Under the pieces are notes generated by a model, which was given only the letters and a program-made list of their open reading frames with translations, ran no database searches and had not been told where the DNA came from. The position numbers and the translations under genes were made by a program. Of a stretch of DNA of 64,000 nt, positions 8,738 to 17,167 are shown piece after piece. The DNA is from Bdellovibrionota bacterium FG-1 (GTDB lineage: Bacteria; Bdellovibrionota; UBA1018), in contig JBBCAW010000008.1 in NCBI GenBank assembly GCA_051382295.1, positions 96,001 through 160,000 of the forward strand, read 5' to 3'. Each line of letters begins with the position of its first letter. Position 1 is the stretch's first letter.

Positions 8738-10353
8738 GATGGACTCCCCAAAGACTGCGCTCCGCCCATCGCCAGCCCCAACATCTGCTCACTCGCCTCG
8801 CCTCGTTTGAAGCTCGCAACTATTTTTCCGCTGTAAAATACAAGAATGCGATCTGCAAGCGTGAATATTTCATCCAGTTCCGAAGAGACGAGCAACACTC
8901 CTGCCCCTTCTGCCCTCGCCCGAAAAATACGTTTATGAATAAATTCGATCGCCCCCACGTCCACACCGCGGGTGGGTTGGGCCGCAAGCAATAACCGGGG
9001 AACACGCTCAAATTCGCGGGCAATAATCAACTTTTGCTGATTTCCACCCGAAAGACGTCCTGCGATCGCCAACGGATCACGCGGCCGAACATCATAATTT
9101 TCAAAAGCCACGGCCACCTCTGAATCCAGCGTTTTTTGCGATATAAATCCCCTGCGATTGAATTTAGGTCGACGTTGGAGTCCAAGTAAAAAATTTTCGC
9201 GAACCGGACGTTCTAGCAGTAGCCCCTCCCGCAAACGGTCTTCGGGTACCACCCCCACTCCCAATGCCTTGATGCGTGCAGAATTCCATTTTTGAGCGCC
9301 ACCGATGATCTTTTGCCCAAAAATCTGCACCTCTCCTCGCAGCCCGGATCGATAGACCCCTGGATGTTGCAAGACCTGAAGCAACTCAGATTGACCATTG
9401 CCCTCGATACCGGCAATTCCGACAATTTCACCCGCACGCACTTCAAAAGAAACATCACTCAGGCGATGAACCGCTTCGCGATGGCCAAATTTTTCCGCCA
9501 CTGACAGGGATAAGGAGAGTGATTTTACCTCCAGCACCCGTTCGCCTAGCTTCGGCTGCGATGGGGCTTCGACCTGAAGTGCTACCTTGCGCCCCACCAT
9601 CATATCGGCCAACTGAGCGGGGTCGGTATTTTTAACTAACACCCCACCCACCACCTTTCCAGCCCGAAAAACGGTTACCTCATCAGCAAGCGCCATCACC
9701 TCTCTCAACTTGTGGGTGATGATCAGCACCGTTTTTCCCTCGGCGGCAAGCATTCGAAGTTGCCTAAACAGGTCTAAAATTTCCTGCGGCGTCAATACGG
9801 CGGTGGGTTCGTCCAGTATGAGCACTTTTGCATCGCGATAAAGGAGTTTAAGAATTTCTATTCGTTGTTGACCCCCCACCGCCATGTCTTCGATGGGTTG
9901 ATCCCATTTCACCTCAAGACCATATCGCCTCGAAAGAGAATCAAGTTTAGAACGGGCTCCGGCAAAGTCAATCGGCCGAAAGGCCTCCGGCAACCACCCC
10001 CAAGGGAACTTTGCTGTTTCGGCGCCGATCACGATATTTTCTAGCGCCGTATAAGGACCGGCCAACATGAAATGTTGATGAACCATCCCTATGCCACTCG
10101 CAATTGCCTCTGCGGGCGACCGCCATTTTGAGCCCTTTTTACCCCAAAGCTTCCCCTCAATCCAAATTTCTCCAGCATCGGGCCGATAAAGACCATAGAG
10201 CATCTTCATCGCGGTCGATTTTCCAGCGCCGTTTTCGCCCACAATGGCGTGAACGGTTCCCCTCGTCACTCGAAGGCTGACCTCCGAGTTCGCCACTAAG
10301 GTTCCAAAACGCTTAGTGAGTCCCTTTAATTCGACCGCTGGAAAGTTTGTCAT
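8734..10353 (-). CDS. CUT2 ABC transporter ATP-binding protein (two ABC domains)
   Basis: GENGAGKST, LILDEPTAVLT, LSGGNQQK, QPTRGVDVGA. Confidence 0.92.
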   Translation of the reverse strand: MTNFPAVELKGLTKRFGTLVANSEVSLRVTRGTVHAIVGENGAGKSTAMKMLYGLYRPDAGEIWIEGKLWGKKGSKWRSPAEAIASGIGMVHQHFMLAGPYTALENIVIGAETAKFPWGWLPEAFRPIDFAGARSKLDSLSRRYGLEVKWDQPIEDMAVGGQQRIEILKLLYRDAKVLILDEPTAVLTPQEILDLFRQLRMLAAEGKTVLIITHKLREVMALADEVTVFRAGKVVGGVLVKNTDPAQLADMMVGRKVALQVEAPSQPKLGERVLEVKSLSLSLSVAEKFGHREAVHRLSDVSFEVRAGEIVGIAGIEGNGQSELLQVLQHPGVYRSGLRGEVQIFGQKIIGGAQKWNSARIKALGVGVVPEDRLREGLLLERPVRENFLLGLQRRPKFNRRGFISQKTLDSEVAVAFENYDVRPRDPLAIAGRLSGGNQQKLIIAREFERVPRLLLAAQPTRGVDVGAIEFIHKRIFRARAEGAGVLLVSSELDEIFTLADRILVFYSGKIVASFKRGEASEQMLGLAMGGAQSLGSPS

Positions 10354-11342
10354 TTTTTCTTATAAAAATCAGGAACTTGTATTTTGCCCGATAAAATATC
10401 GGCCTTCAATGCATCCAATTTCTTGCGTGAACTCTCGGGAAGAATCTTTTCGTTATACTGGTCCACCGCATAGTCGATGCCCTGGCTAGCTAATCCGTAA
10501 TGGTAAATTCCCGCCTCGAATTTTCCCTCGGCAGCCTCTTGACAGGTTTTGTATACAGCCACGTCGACCCGCTTTAGCATGCTGGTCAAAATAAAGCCCG
10601 GCTTCACCCAGTTTTGATTGGAATCCACGCCAATCGCGAATTTGCGTTTTTCTTCGGCCGCATCAAAAACTCCACTGGTCGAGGCCCCAGATGGCGAAAA
10701 GATCACGTCCACCCCTGAGTCATACTGCGTGACGGCAAGTTCTTTCGCTTTGGCTGGATTATTCCAGGCATCACCGCTGATTCCGATAAAGTTAGAGGTC
10801 ACTTTGATCGCGGGATTTATTTTTTTAGCACCCGCCTCATATCCCCACTGAAAGCGCCGAATCAGCGGAATATCCATGCCTCCGATAAACCCCACTTTTC
10901 CGGTTTTACTCGCCAACGCGGCGGCGGCCCCCACCAAGTAGGATCCCTGATGCTCCTCAAAAAGAAGCGAACGAACATTAGGGGCTGCTACTTCAGCATC
11001 GACAATGGCAAAATGTTTTTGCGGAAACTGAGCGGCCACCTTTTTCAGAGCGTCCCGTTGAGTAATGCCAATCGCAAAAATGATGTCAAAATCCTTTTGG
11101 GCAAAGGCGCGCAATAAAGAATCAAAAGCGTTTTCATCGGTCGCCTCAACGTATTTGACCATGGCGTGCAGATCCTGCTTTGCCTTCATTGCGCCTTGAT
11201 ACGCCGCCGTGTTAAATGATTTATCGTCTTTGCCGCCCTTGTCGAGCACCAAAGCGATGCGCAACTCCTTGGCAGACACATTTCCGACGGAGGCCAAGAC
11301 AATCAAAGTCGCCATCAAAGTAAAAGTCATTTTTTGAATCAT
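10350..11342 (-). CDS. BMP/PnrA family nucleoside-binding protein
   Basis: Signal peptide, GGKDDKSFN, FEEHQGSYLVG, IGVDSNQ, SMLKRVD. Confidence 0.9.
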   Translation of the reverse strand: MIQKMTFTLMATLIVLASVGNVSAKELRIALVLDKGGKDDKSFNTAAYQGAMKAKQDLHAMVKYVEATDENAFDSLLRAFAQKDFDIIFAIGITQRDALKKVAAQFPQKHFAIVDAEVAAPNVRSLLFEEHQGSYLVGAAAALASKTGKVGFIGGMDIPLIRRFQWGYEAGAKKINPAIKVTSNFIGISGDAWNNPAKAKELAVTQYDSGVDVIFSPSGASTSGVFDAAEEKRKFAIGVDSNQNWVKPGFILTSMLKRVDVAVYKTCQEAAEGKFEAGIYHYGLASQGIDYAVDQYNEKILPESSRKKLDALKADILSGKIQVPDFYKKK

Positions 11343-12256
11343 ATTGAACTCCCTTTTAACTCACTTGTTCTGGGTTGAAAACAGTTCCGATCACGAGAAA
11401 ATCTTTGTCCAAAAAGCACGCAGAGCGAATAAATAGTGCGGGGATCGTCAGTTTCGGGCATGGCGACCACCCCTCCGAGGAGCTGATCGATCCCTTCCAA
11501 CAGCACGCGCACCTGATCTTCGGTCAACTCACGGGTAATCAAACTGCGATAGGCCCGCCGATCCAGCAGGTCTTCGTAGCTGAGCTTGTTCATGAGGTTT
11601 GTCGTATTATGCAGGAAGTTTGCATTTCGAAGTTCAAAAAAATCCTGATCGTCCGGAAAATAGAAATTGCGCTTACTCGCGCGATAAAGACCATCACCTG
11701 AGACCACCACCCCGAGATCATAAAGTTGATCCAGCATCTTTTGAACTCGCGCTTCTTCCAAACCCAGAGCCCGCCCGAGTTCCTCGGGAGAAATCCAGTC
11801 TGGACCGAACGAATTGATGTAGGAAAAAATATCGCGGTACGCGGGGTCGGAAAGGAAGATCTTGAGATGACTCCGATTAAAAACAATCACATCATTCAGC
11901 GGTACTTTTTGTTCGGACCTGACTGACGCGGTGGCAGAGCGATTCTGAGTTTTGTTACCCCGTACTTCAGCCAAGATGTGATCAATTCCATCTCGCGTCA
12001 CCGTATTTTCAAACGCCAGTTGCGCTTTGCACCATTCTAAAAGGCCCTCCATAGGCGCAACCCCTAAAGTTGCACAAATCGAGAGAGCATGCTCCAAAAC
12101 CGGTAATTGTTCGCCCGCCTCATACCGCGAATATTGCGGATAGCTGATTCCGATCGATACCTGCGCACAAAATTCACGCGCCGACCGAAATCGAACTTCT
12201 CTCTTTGATTTCAAGAATTTACCCCAACTGAGGTATTTGCCTTTTATTTTAATCAC
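11339..12256 (-). CDS. XRE-HTH + winged-helix regulator with TIGR02147/DUF4423-like C-terminus
   Basis: GISYPQYSRYEAGEQLP HTH, second wHTH (SPEELGRALGL...LYDLGVV), C-terminal IYSLCVLF strand. Confidence 0.65.
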   Translation of the reverse strand: MIKIKGKYLSWGKFLKSKREVRFRSAREFCAQVSIGISYPQYSRYEAGEQLPVLEHALSICATLGVAPMEGLLEWCKAQLAFENTVTRDGIDHILAEVRGNKTQNRSATASVRSEQKVPLNDVIVFNRSHLKIFLSDPAYRDIFSYINSFGPDWISPEELGRALGLEEARVQKMLDQLYDLGVVVSGDGLYRASKRNFYFPDDQDFFELRNANFLHNTTNLMNKLSYEDLLDRRAYRSLITRELTEDQVRVLLEGIDQLLGGVVAMPETDDPRTIYSLCVLFGQRFSRDRNCFQPRTSELKGSSI

Positions 12257-12355
12257 GCAGTGCGTTATTGCACACTACGATAAATATTTCCAGTAAGATT
12301 ATCTTTTGCATCACAAATATTGACAAAGCGCGTCCAAGACAGTATCTCACCCCTC

Positions 12356-13219
12356 GTGATTGAGATGATTCACTTCATTCCTCCGAGCCAACGCCGATTG
12401 GCCATGTTAGCCGCACAAGCCGATACGGCCCCCGTGCTTATTTCTGGTGCCAGTGGCACGGGAAAGGGAGCCATTTGCCGTTGGATTCATGCTAACAGTC
12501 CCCGCGCCACTCGCCCCCTGATTCAAGCCAACCCCCAAAAATCACTCCTTCAACAGATTCGGCCTGCCCAAGGTGGCACTTTTGTCATCGATGAAATCAG
12601 TGAATATCCACTCGCTGAACAAAAACTTTTACTCGGTTTTATCAAGACAAAATCAGTTCCACATCCTGAAAATGAATCCATGCCCATCCTTTTGAACGTG
12701 CGAATCATGGCCACAACGAGCCACGCCCTTGAAAATCGGGCGCAGGGCGGTCTTTTTAACTCGGAACTTTTGAGTAAATTGACGACCTTTCGAATTGAGA
12801 TGCCCCCTCTTTCAAAACGGGCTGAAGAATTTGATGACATCGTCATGGGAATTGTCGGCGAAATTACCCGCGAACTCCATAAAGAGCACTTAAAAGAAAT
12901 TGCACCATCGACTTGGGAGCACCTGCGCGACTACACATGGCCAGGTAACCTGAGAGAACTGCGCAATGTCTTGCGACTCGCGGTTCTCACGGCCAAAGGA
13001 GACCAAATCGAGGCCGTGGACCTTCCGGATTTTGGACCGGAACGAGTCGATTTTCGGGCCACCCGCGAACAATTTGAAAAAATTTACATCATGGAGCTTC
13101 TCAAAACCTTTGACTGGCAGATCGACAAGACCTGTCGCATGACCCGAATGGACAAGGACACGCTATTGACCAAGATGAGTCAGTACGGAATTCCTGCCGA
13201 TGGGAGCCTATCGCACTAA
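12356..13219 (+). CDS. Degenerate sigma54-activator-type AAA+ / Fis-HTH regulator lacking GAFTGA
   Basis: GASGTGK, GGTFVIDEI, WPGNLRELRN, Fis-like HTH; no input domain; start uncertain (GTG 12356 or ATG 12365). Confidence 0.75.
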   Translation: MIEMIHFIPPSQRRLAMLAAQADTAPVLISGASGTGKGAICRWIHANSPRATRPLIQANPQKSLLQQIRPAQGGTFVIDEISEYPLAEQKLLLGFIKTKSVPHPENESMPILLNVRIMATTSHALENRAQGGLFNSELLSKLTTFRIEMPPLSKRAEEFDDIVMGIVGEITRELHKEHLKEIAPSTWEHLRDYTWPGNLRELRNVLRLAVLTAKGDQIEAVDLPDFGPERVDFRATREQFEKIYIMELLKTFDWQIDKTCRMTRMDKDTLLTKMSQYGIPADGSLSH

Positions 13220-13265
13220 CCACTTCTGAAAGCCTCCCCCCACCCCCAAGGGCTTTCAGAGGTGG
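13220..13265. terminator. Hairpin between convergent genes
   Basis: CCACTTCTGAAAGCC (13220-13234) pairs with GGCTTTCAGAGGTGG (13251-13265). Confidence 0.55.
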
Positions 13266-13612
13266 TCAAGCGGTACATACCCCAAAGCTTTAGCTTGCTC
13301 TAAATTTTCGCGCGGGATCAGGTAAGCGTTACTGGACCCCGTCGGAGCGCCACACACTTGTATCCGCATTTTGCCATCGCCGCCCTTACGAAACTCCAGG
13401 ACCTTCACTTTGTGTTTTTGCAAAACTTCGGCGCCCTGTTCGAGCGTCTGCGCGGTTTCGGGTGCACAGCTTAAGGCGCCATCAGGCTGGGTGACCCACA
13501 CTGAATCCTGAGCCGGCTTATTGCCAAACGCGGTGGCCAGGGAACTCAATAAAAAACATGAAACAAGCGCCAGCCGAAACGTGATCTTACCCAAGTTTTT
13601 CAGAATTTCCAT
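13256..13612 (-). CDS. Small secreted hypothetical protein with a Cys pair
   Basis: Signal-like N-terminus; PDGALSC...VCGAPTG. Confidence 0.6.
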   Translation of the reverse strand: MEILKNLGKITFRLALVSCFLLSSLATAFGNKPAQDSVWVTQPDGALSCAPETAQTLEQGAEVLQKHKVKVLEFRKGGDGKMRIQVCGAPTGSSNAYLIPRENLEQAKALGYVPLDHL

Positions 13613-14141
13613 GATGCTTATCAGGGTAACCCAAAAGCGATTCCGCCGCACTCAAACTTCGATCTAAGTAGAGTTGGAAGCGAACGTCATAGCGACCCTT
13701 CGTGTGCTTTTTACAGCATTGAGCGCAAGCCAATGGCCCCAAGCGTTTTCTTGCTGGATAAATCTTCTCACACCCCGCACAGCGATACAAATACCGATAG
13801 GGGCGCGCGCGGGGCACCGTATTGTATCGACTGACACCCATTTCACACATCTTTACCCAAAACTCATCCGTATGACCGTAGGGACGCCTTCGCTCCCAAA
13901 GCCAATAATGAATCATTTCATGCCCAAGAGTGTCAGCGATCAGAACCTCGGCTTCGGGCTCTTCTCGCAGATAAGAAGCAATTTCAATAACAGGCGGAAC
14001 ATCAAGGAGGTGTTTGCGACTCCCCGGAATAAAACGGCCCGCGCTTGAACGAAGTCGGAAATTCCATCTCAACACGGGTGGATCCATGAAACCTTCAAAA
14101 TGCTTTTGATTGATCTGCTCAAAGACCAAAAGCAGCCCCAT
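13587..14141 (-). CDS. SprT-like zinc metalloprotease
   Basis: TLGHEMIH, GHTDEF, C-terminal CxxC...CxxC; GAGGAG SD. Confidence 0.85.
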   Translation of the reverse strand: MGLLLVFEQINQKHFEGFMDPPVLRWNFRLRSSAGRFIPGSRKHLLDVPPVIEIASYLREEPEAEVLIADTLGHEMIHYWLWERRRPYGHTDEFWVKMCEMGVSRYNTVPRARPYRYLYRCAGCEKIYPARKRLGPLACAQCCKKHTKGRYDVRFQLYLDRSLSAAESLLGYPDKHHGNSEKLG

Positions 14142-14311
14142 AACTCATTCTCCTCTTCATCTACGTAACGCGACGTTTACCGTAATTAAAGCACTTTCGC
14201 CTGTCATCAACTTAAGATACCGACTTTACAAGACTTTATATAATAGCCCCCCTCTTGATATTGCATTGTACTAATGATATGATTCGGCGCGTTATAAAAC
14301 GGGAGACAGTG

Positions 14312-17167
14312 ATGTTTTTTAAAAATCCGAAAATGAAGCGTTCCATGGCGAGTGTTCTTACTCTTTCAGTCGCGCTACAAACCGGCGCACCGCTTGCGTT
14401 TGCGGACGCGCCACAAACTGGCGCACCACGAGCATCCTCGCTCACCTACACCTTCAGCTCTGAAATCCCCAATCACGGGGCGATCGATCTTTTTCATAAT
14501 GCTTACCTCAGCCGAGATCGAGTTTCCAACTCACTTTACCTGTTGCGGAACACCGCGATCGAAGACCTTCTCAATACGCGGCTGGCACTCAAGACCCTCC
14601 TGGGCGGACAAGCCCGCACTCAACAAATTTCTAAGAAAAATGACCTTAACTTTGAAGTGCCAGGTGGCGTGATCGAACTTTATTTGCTGGGAAATTTGGA
14701 TCTCTTGGGAAGCACAAAAAACAGGGATTCAGCTCGCCCTTCTTATGCGATGGCATCCACCGGAGGCCTCACCGAACGAAGCAGCATCGAATCGGATACC
14801 GCCCCAGAAATTGCACGCGCGATTCACCCATTAGGAGATCAGACAGGATCCTACGATGACGCCCTCCGTGCGCGACTATTACTGGGTTTGGCTTATATCT
14901 CGGCCCAAATCACCAAATTTGACCGGCAAATCAAATTTATTGAAGAGGATTTCTGGAATAATCCCACGATCACCGTCGAATTCTATGATCAGGAACTCGA
15001 AAAACGCTACCGTCAGGCCAAACTCGACCCTGACTTGAATGCCCTTGAACACTCCGTCAAAGAGCAATGGCTCAGTCGGCACGGGATGACTGACATCCTG
15101 GCAACGCTAGCAGGTCACCGCGAATATCTATTGGACCGCTATCACTTGCTCGCGTCCGAAGTCGATGGCGCCCCCCTCTATCAACAGATTTACAAAGCCA
15201 TGCAAAAAGTGGGATTTCCTGCGGCCGATCAAGCGCAACCCTTGCCATCCCCCCATCTTCCCAGTGGGACTGACCCCATTCAGATGCCTTCGAGTTTCGA
15301 ACAAGCTCTCAATTCTGCTCTAAACAACTTAAGCAGCTCGGGACAAAATCAAATCCTGAGCGAACTCAACGCCGCAGTGAATGCCAAAATAGACAAAGCC
15401 CTGATCACCTCCCTTGAGGCCAACACCGATCGCCTCAATGCACTCACGCAGATCATGGATTACGACGGCAGCAGATCATCGCCCTTGCTCGAACTGGCTC
15501 GCTATCCCGACCTCTGGGCGGCGGCGACTCAAAAATACCAATACCTTTCGGGCATCATTCACTTGAAAGGAGCCCGAGATGAAATCGATCGTTTCCTCAC
15601 AAGAAAAGATACCCAAACCAAACAGATTCGCTATGCGACCTACGGAGCGGGTATTGGATTAGGGGTCGCTTCCATGATTTTGAGTGCTGGCACCACTGCC
15701 ACCGCAGCCAGTGGTGCGCAAGCCGCGGCCGCTCTGTTGGGAATTCCACTACGCACCTGGTTGGTCGGTTCAGCGGGCATCTTGGGCTCAGGCGCGTTTG
15801 CGGCCCAAAGCACCTACGATTATGTTGCCAGCGAAGAAGCCGCCAAAATGTCGAAAGGGCTATTTTTGGGCACCGCCGCCATCGGAACCCATCAAGGAAT
15901 GAAAGACGCCCTACTGATGGCGGAGGGAGATTTTCGCACCATGATCGGTGGTTTGATCATTCTCGGGGCGGAGACCAAGGTGCTCACCCTCCTTTCAAAA
16001 GGGCGCGCGCTGGTTCAATCGGGTGGAAAAACTTTAGTCCGGCTCAGTTCAGAAGAACTGAGCGGTCTGCGAAGTTCGATTGCCGCATTAGCCGAACGCT
16101 CTGAAAAAATCGCCCCGATGGGTCGCGCGCTGATCACGGTTCTAAAAAGCCTGTTGGGAATGGTGGCCGGGACCGATCGAATTGTCGGTTTAGAAGAAGC
16201 CATCACGTCAGTAGCGGCGCAAATGCGCTTGGCTCCCGCAGTAGTTCAGGCTCGCCTTGAGGAAAATCTTTTAATTGGCCCGCTTTTGAAGAGCTGGAGC
16301 GCTAGACAGCTTTCGTCGAAAATTCTGATCGAACGGGAGTTGGTCGAGGCTGCGGCAATGGGCCGCCCCGCTAAAGATCTCCCCACCTTCGCAAAAACCA
16401 TGTTCAACCAACAAATGAATAATCTTGTGACCAGTGTGGTCAGCGAATACAAAGCCCGGGGCGATCGGTTCAGTGACGAGATCGGAGACTTTGGAATTGA
16501 CCTGGCTCAAGGGGCCGTTGTTACAGCAGCGCTCGTTTGGTTTGGGTCCCCTACCCTTCCCGAGGCTGAACAGGCGGTATTCGGAGGCGCAAAAATTCGG
16601 ACTCAAGGAAGCTTCTGGAACAGCGGGCTAGGCGACTTTTTGAAACGGGGAAGCCGCAATTTCTTGGTCGGCATGTCAGTCAATGGCAGCTCTTCCCTCA
16701 TTCAAGAAGGCGTCAAGCTTGTAAAAAACGAACCATCGAATGACCACTCGCCAGGAGCCTCCGCGCGCGCTCAACACGCACTTGCCAATACGCTCTATGG
16801 CGGCCTGTTCACGGGGGTTTGGGGCACCTCGCGATACAAAGTCTTTTCGGCCGTTGAGAATTTACTGGCTGGGATCGTCAAAAACCAATCCACCGCGCAG
16901 ATTCTGATTCAAAGTGCCTGGACAGGAAACAATCTCATTGGCGGCTGGAGTTATGTGACTTTTGGAAAAGCACTCGGAGTCTTTCACAGCGATGGCTCAG
17001 TCGATGCACTGGATCCGAATGCGCCTGAAGGCAGCCACGAACTGGACCCATCGATCACCGGAATTGAGATTCAAGAATTGGGCGGAGGCTTCATCAAGGT
17101 GGATGGCGACGAGTCAGCGGCAGGCCATCTTTTTGACTTTTTAAGGGGAACTGATACTGCTCGTTGA
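14312..17167 (+). CDS. Large exported protein with hydrophobic helices and a C-terminal RETICULATA-related (DUF3411)-like domain
   Basis: Long ORF with GGGAG SD before ATG 14312 and signal peptide (...PLAFA); domain call by motif recognition only. Confidence 0.6.
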   Translation: MFFKNPKMKRSMASVLTLSVALQTGAPLAFADAPQTGAPRASSLTYTFSSEIPNHGAIDLFHNAYLSRDRVSNSLYLLRNTAIEDLLNTRLALKTLLGGQARTQQISKKNDLNFEVPGGVIELYLLGNLDLLGSTKNRDSARPSYAMASTGGLTERSSIESDTAPEIARAIHPLGDQTGSYDDALRARLLLGLAYISAQITKFDRQIKFIEEDFWNNPTITVEFYDQELEKRYRQAKLDPDLNALEHSVKEQWLSRHGMTDILATLAGHREYLLDRYHLLASEVDGAPLYQQIYKAMQKVGFPAADQAQPLPSPHLPSGTDPIQMPSSFEQALNSALNNLSSSGQNQILSELNAAVNAKIDKALITSLEANTDRLNALTQIMDYDGSRSSPLLELARYPDLWAAATQKYQYLSGIIHLKGARDEIDRFLTRKDTQTKQIRYATYGAGIGLGVASMILSAGTTATAASGAQAAAALLGIPLRTWLVGSAGILGSGAFAAQSTYDYVASEEAAKMSKGLFLGTAAIGTHQGMKDALLMAEGDFRTMIGGLIILGAETKVLTLLSKGRALVQSGGKTLVRLSSEELSGLRSSIAALAERSEKIAPMGRALITVLKSLLGMVAGTDRIVGLEEAITSVAAQMRLAPAVVQARLEENLLIGPLLKSWSARQLSSKILIERELVEAAAMGRPAKDLPTFAKTMFNQQMNNLVTSVVSEYKARGDRFSDEIGDFGIDLAQGAVVTAALVWFGSPTLPEAEQAVFGGAKIRTQGSFWNSGLGDFLKRGSRNFLVGMSVNGSSSLIQEGVKLVKNEPSNDHSPGASARAQHALANTLYGGLFTGVWGTSRYKVFSAVENLLAGIVKNQSTAQILIQSAWTGNNLIGGWSYVTFGKALGVFHSDGSVDALDPNAPEGSHELDPSITGIEIQELGGGFIKVDGDESAAGHLFDFLRGTDTAR

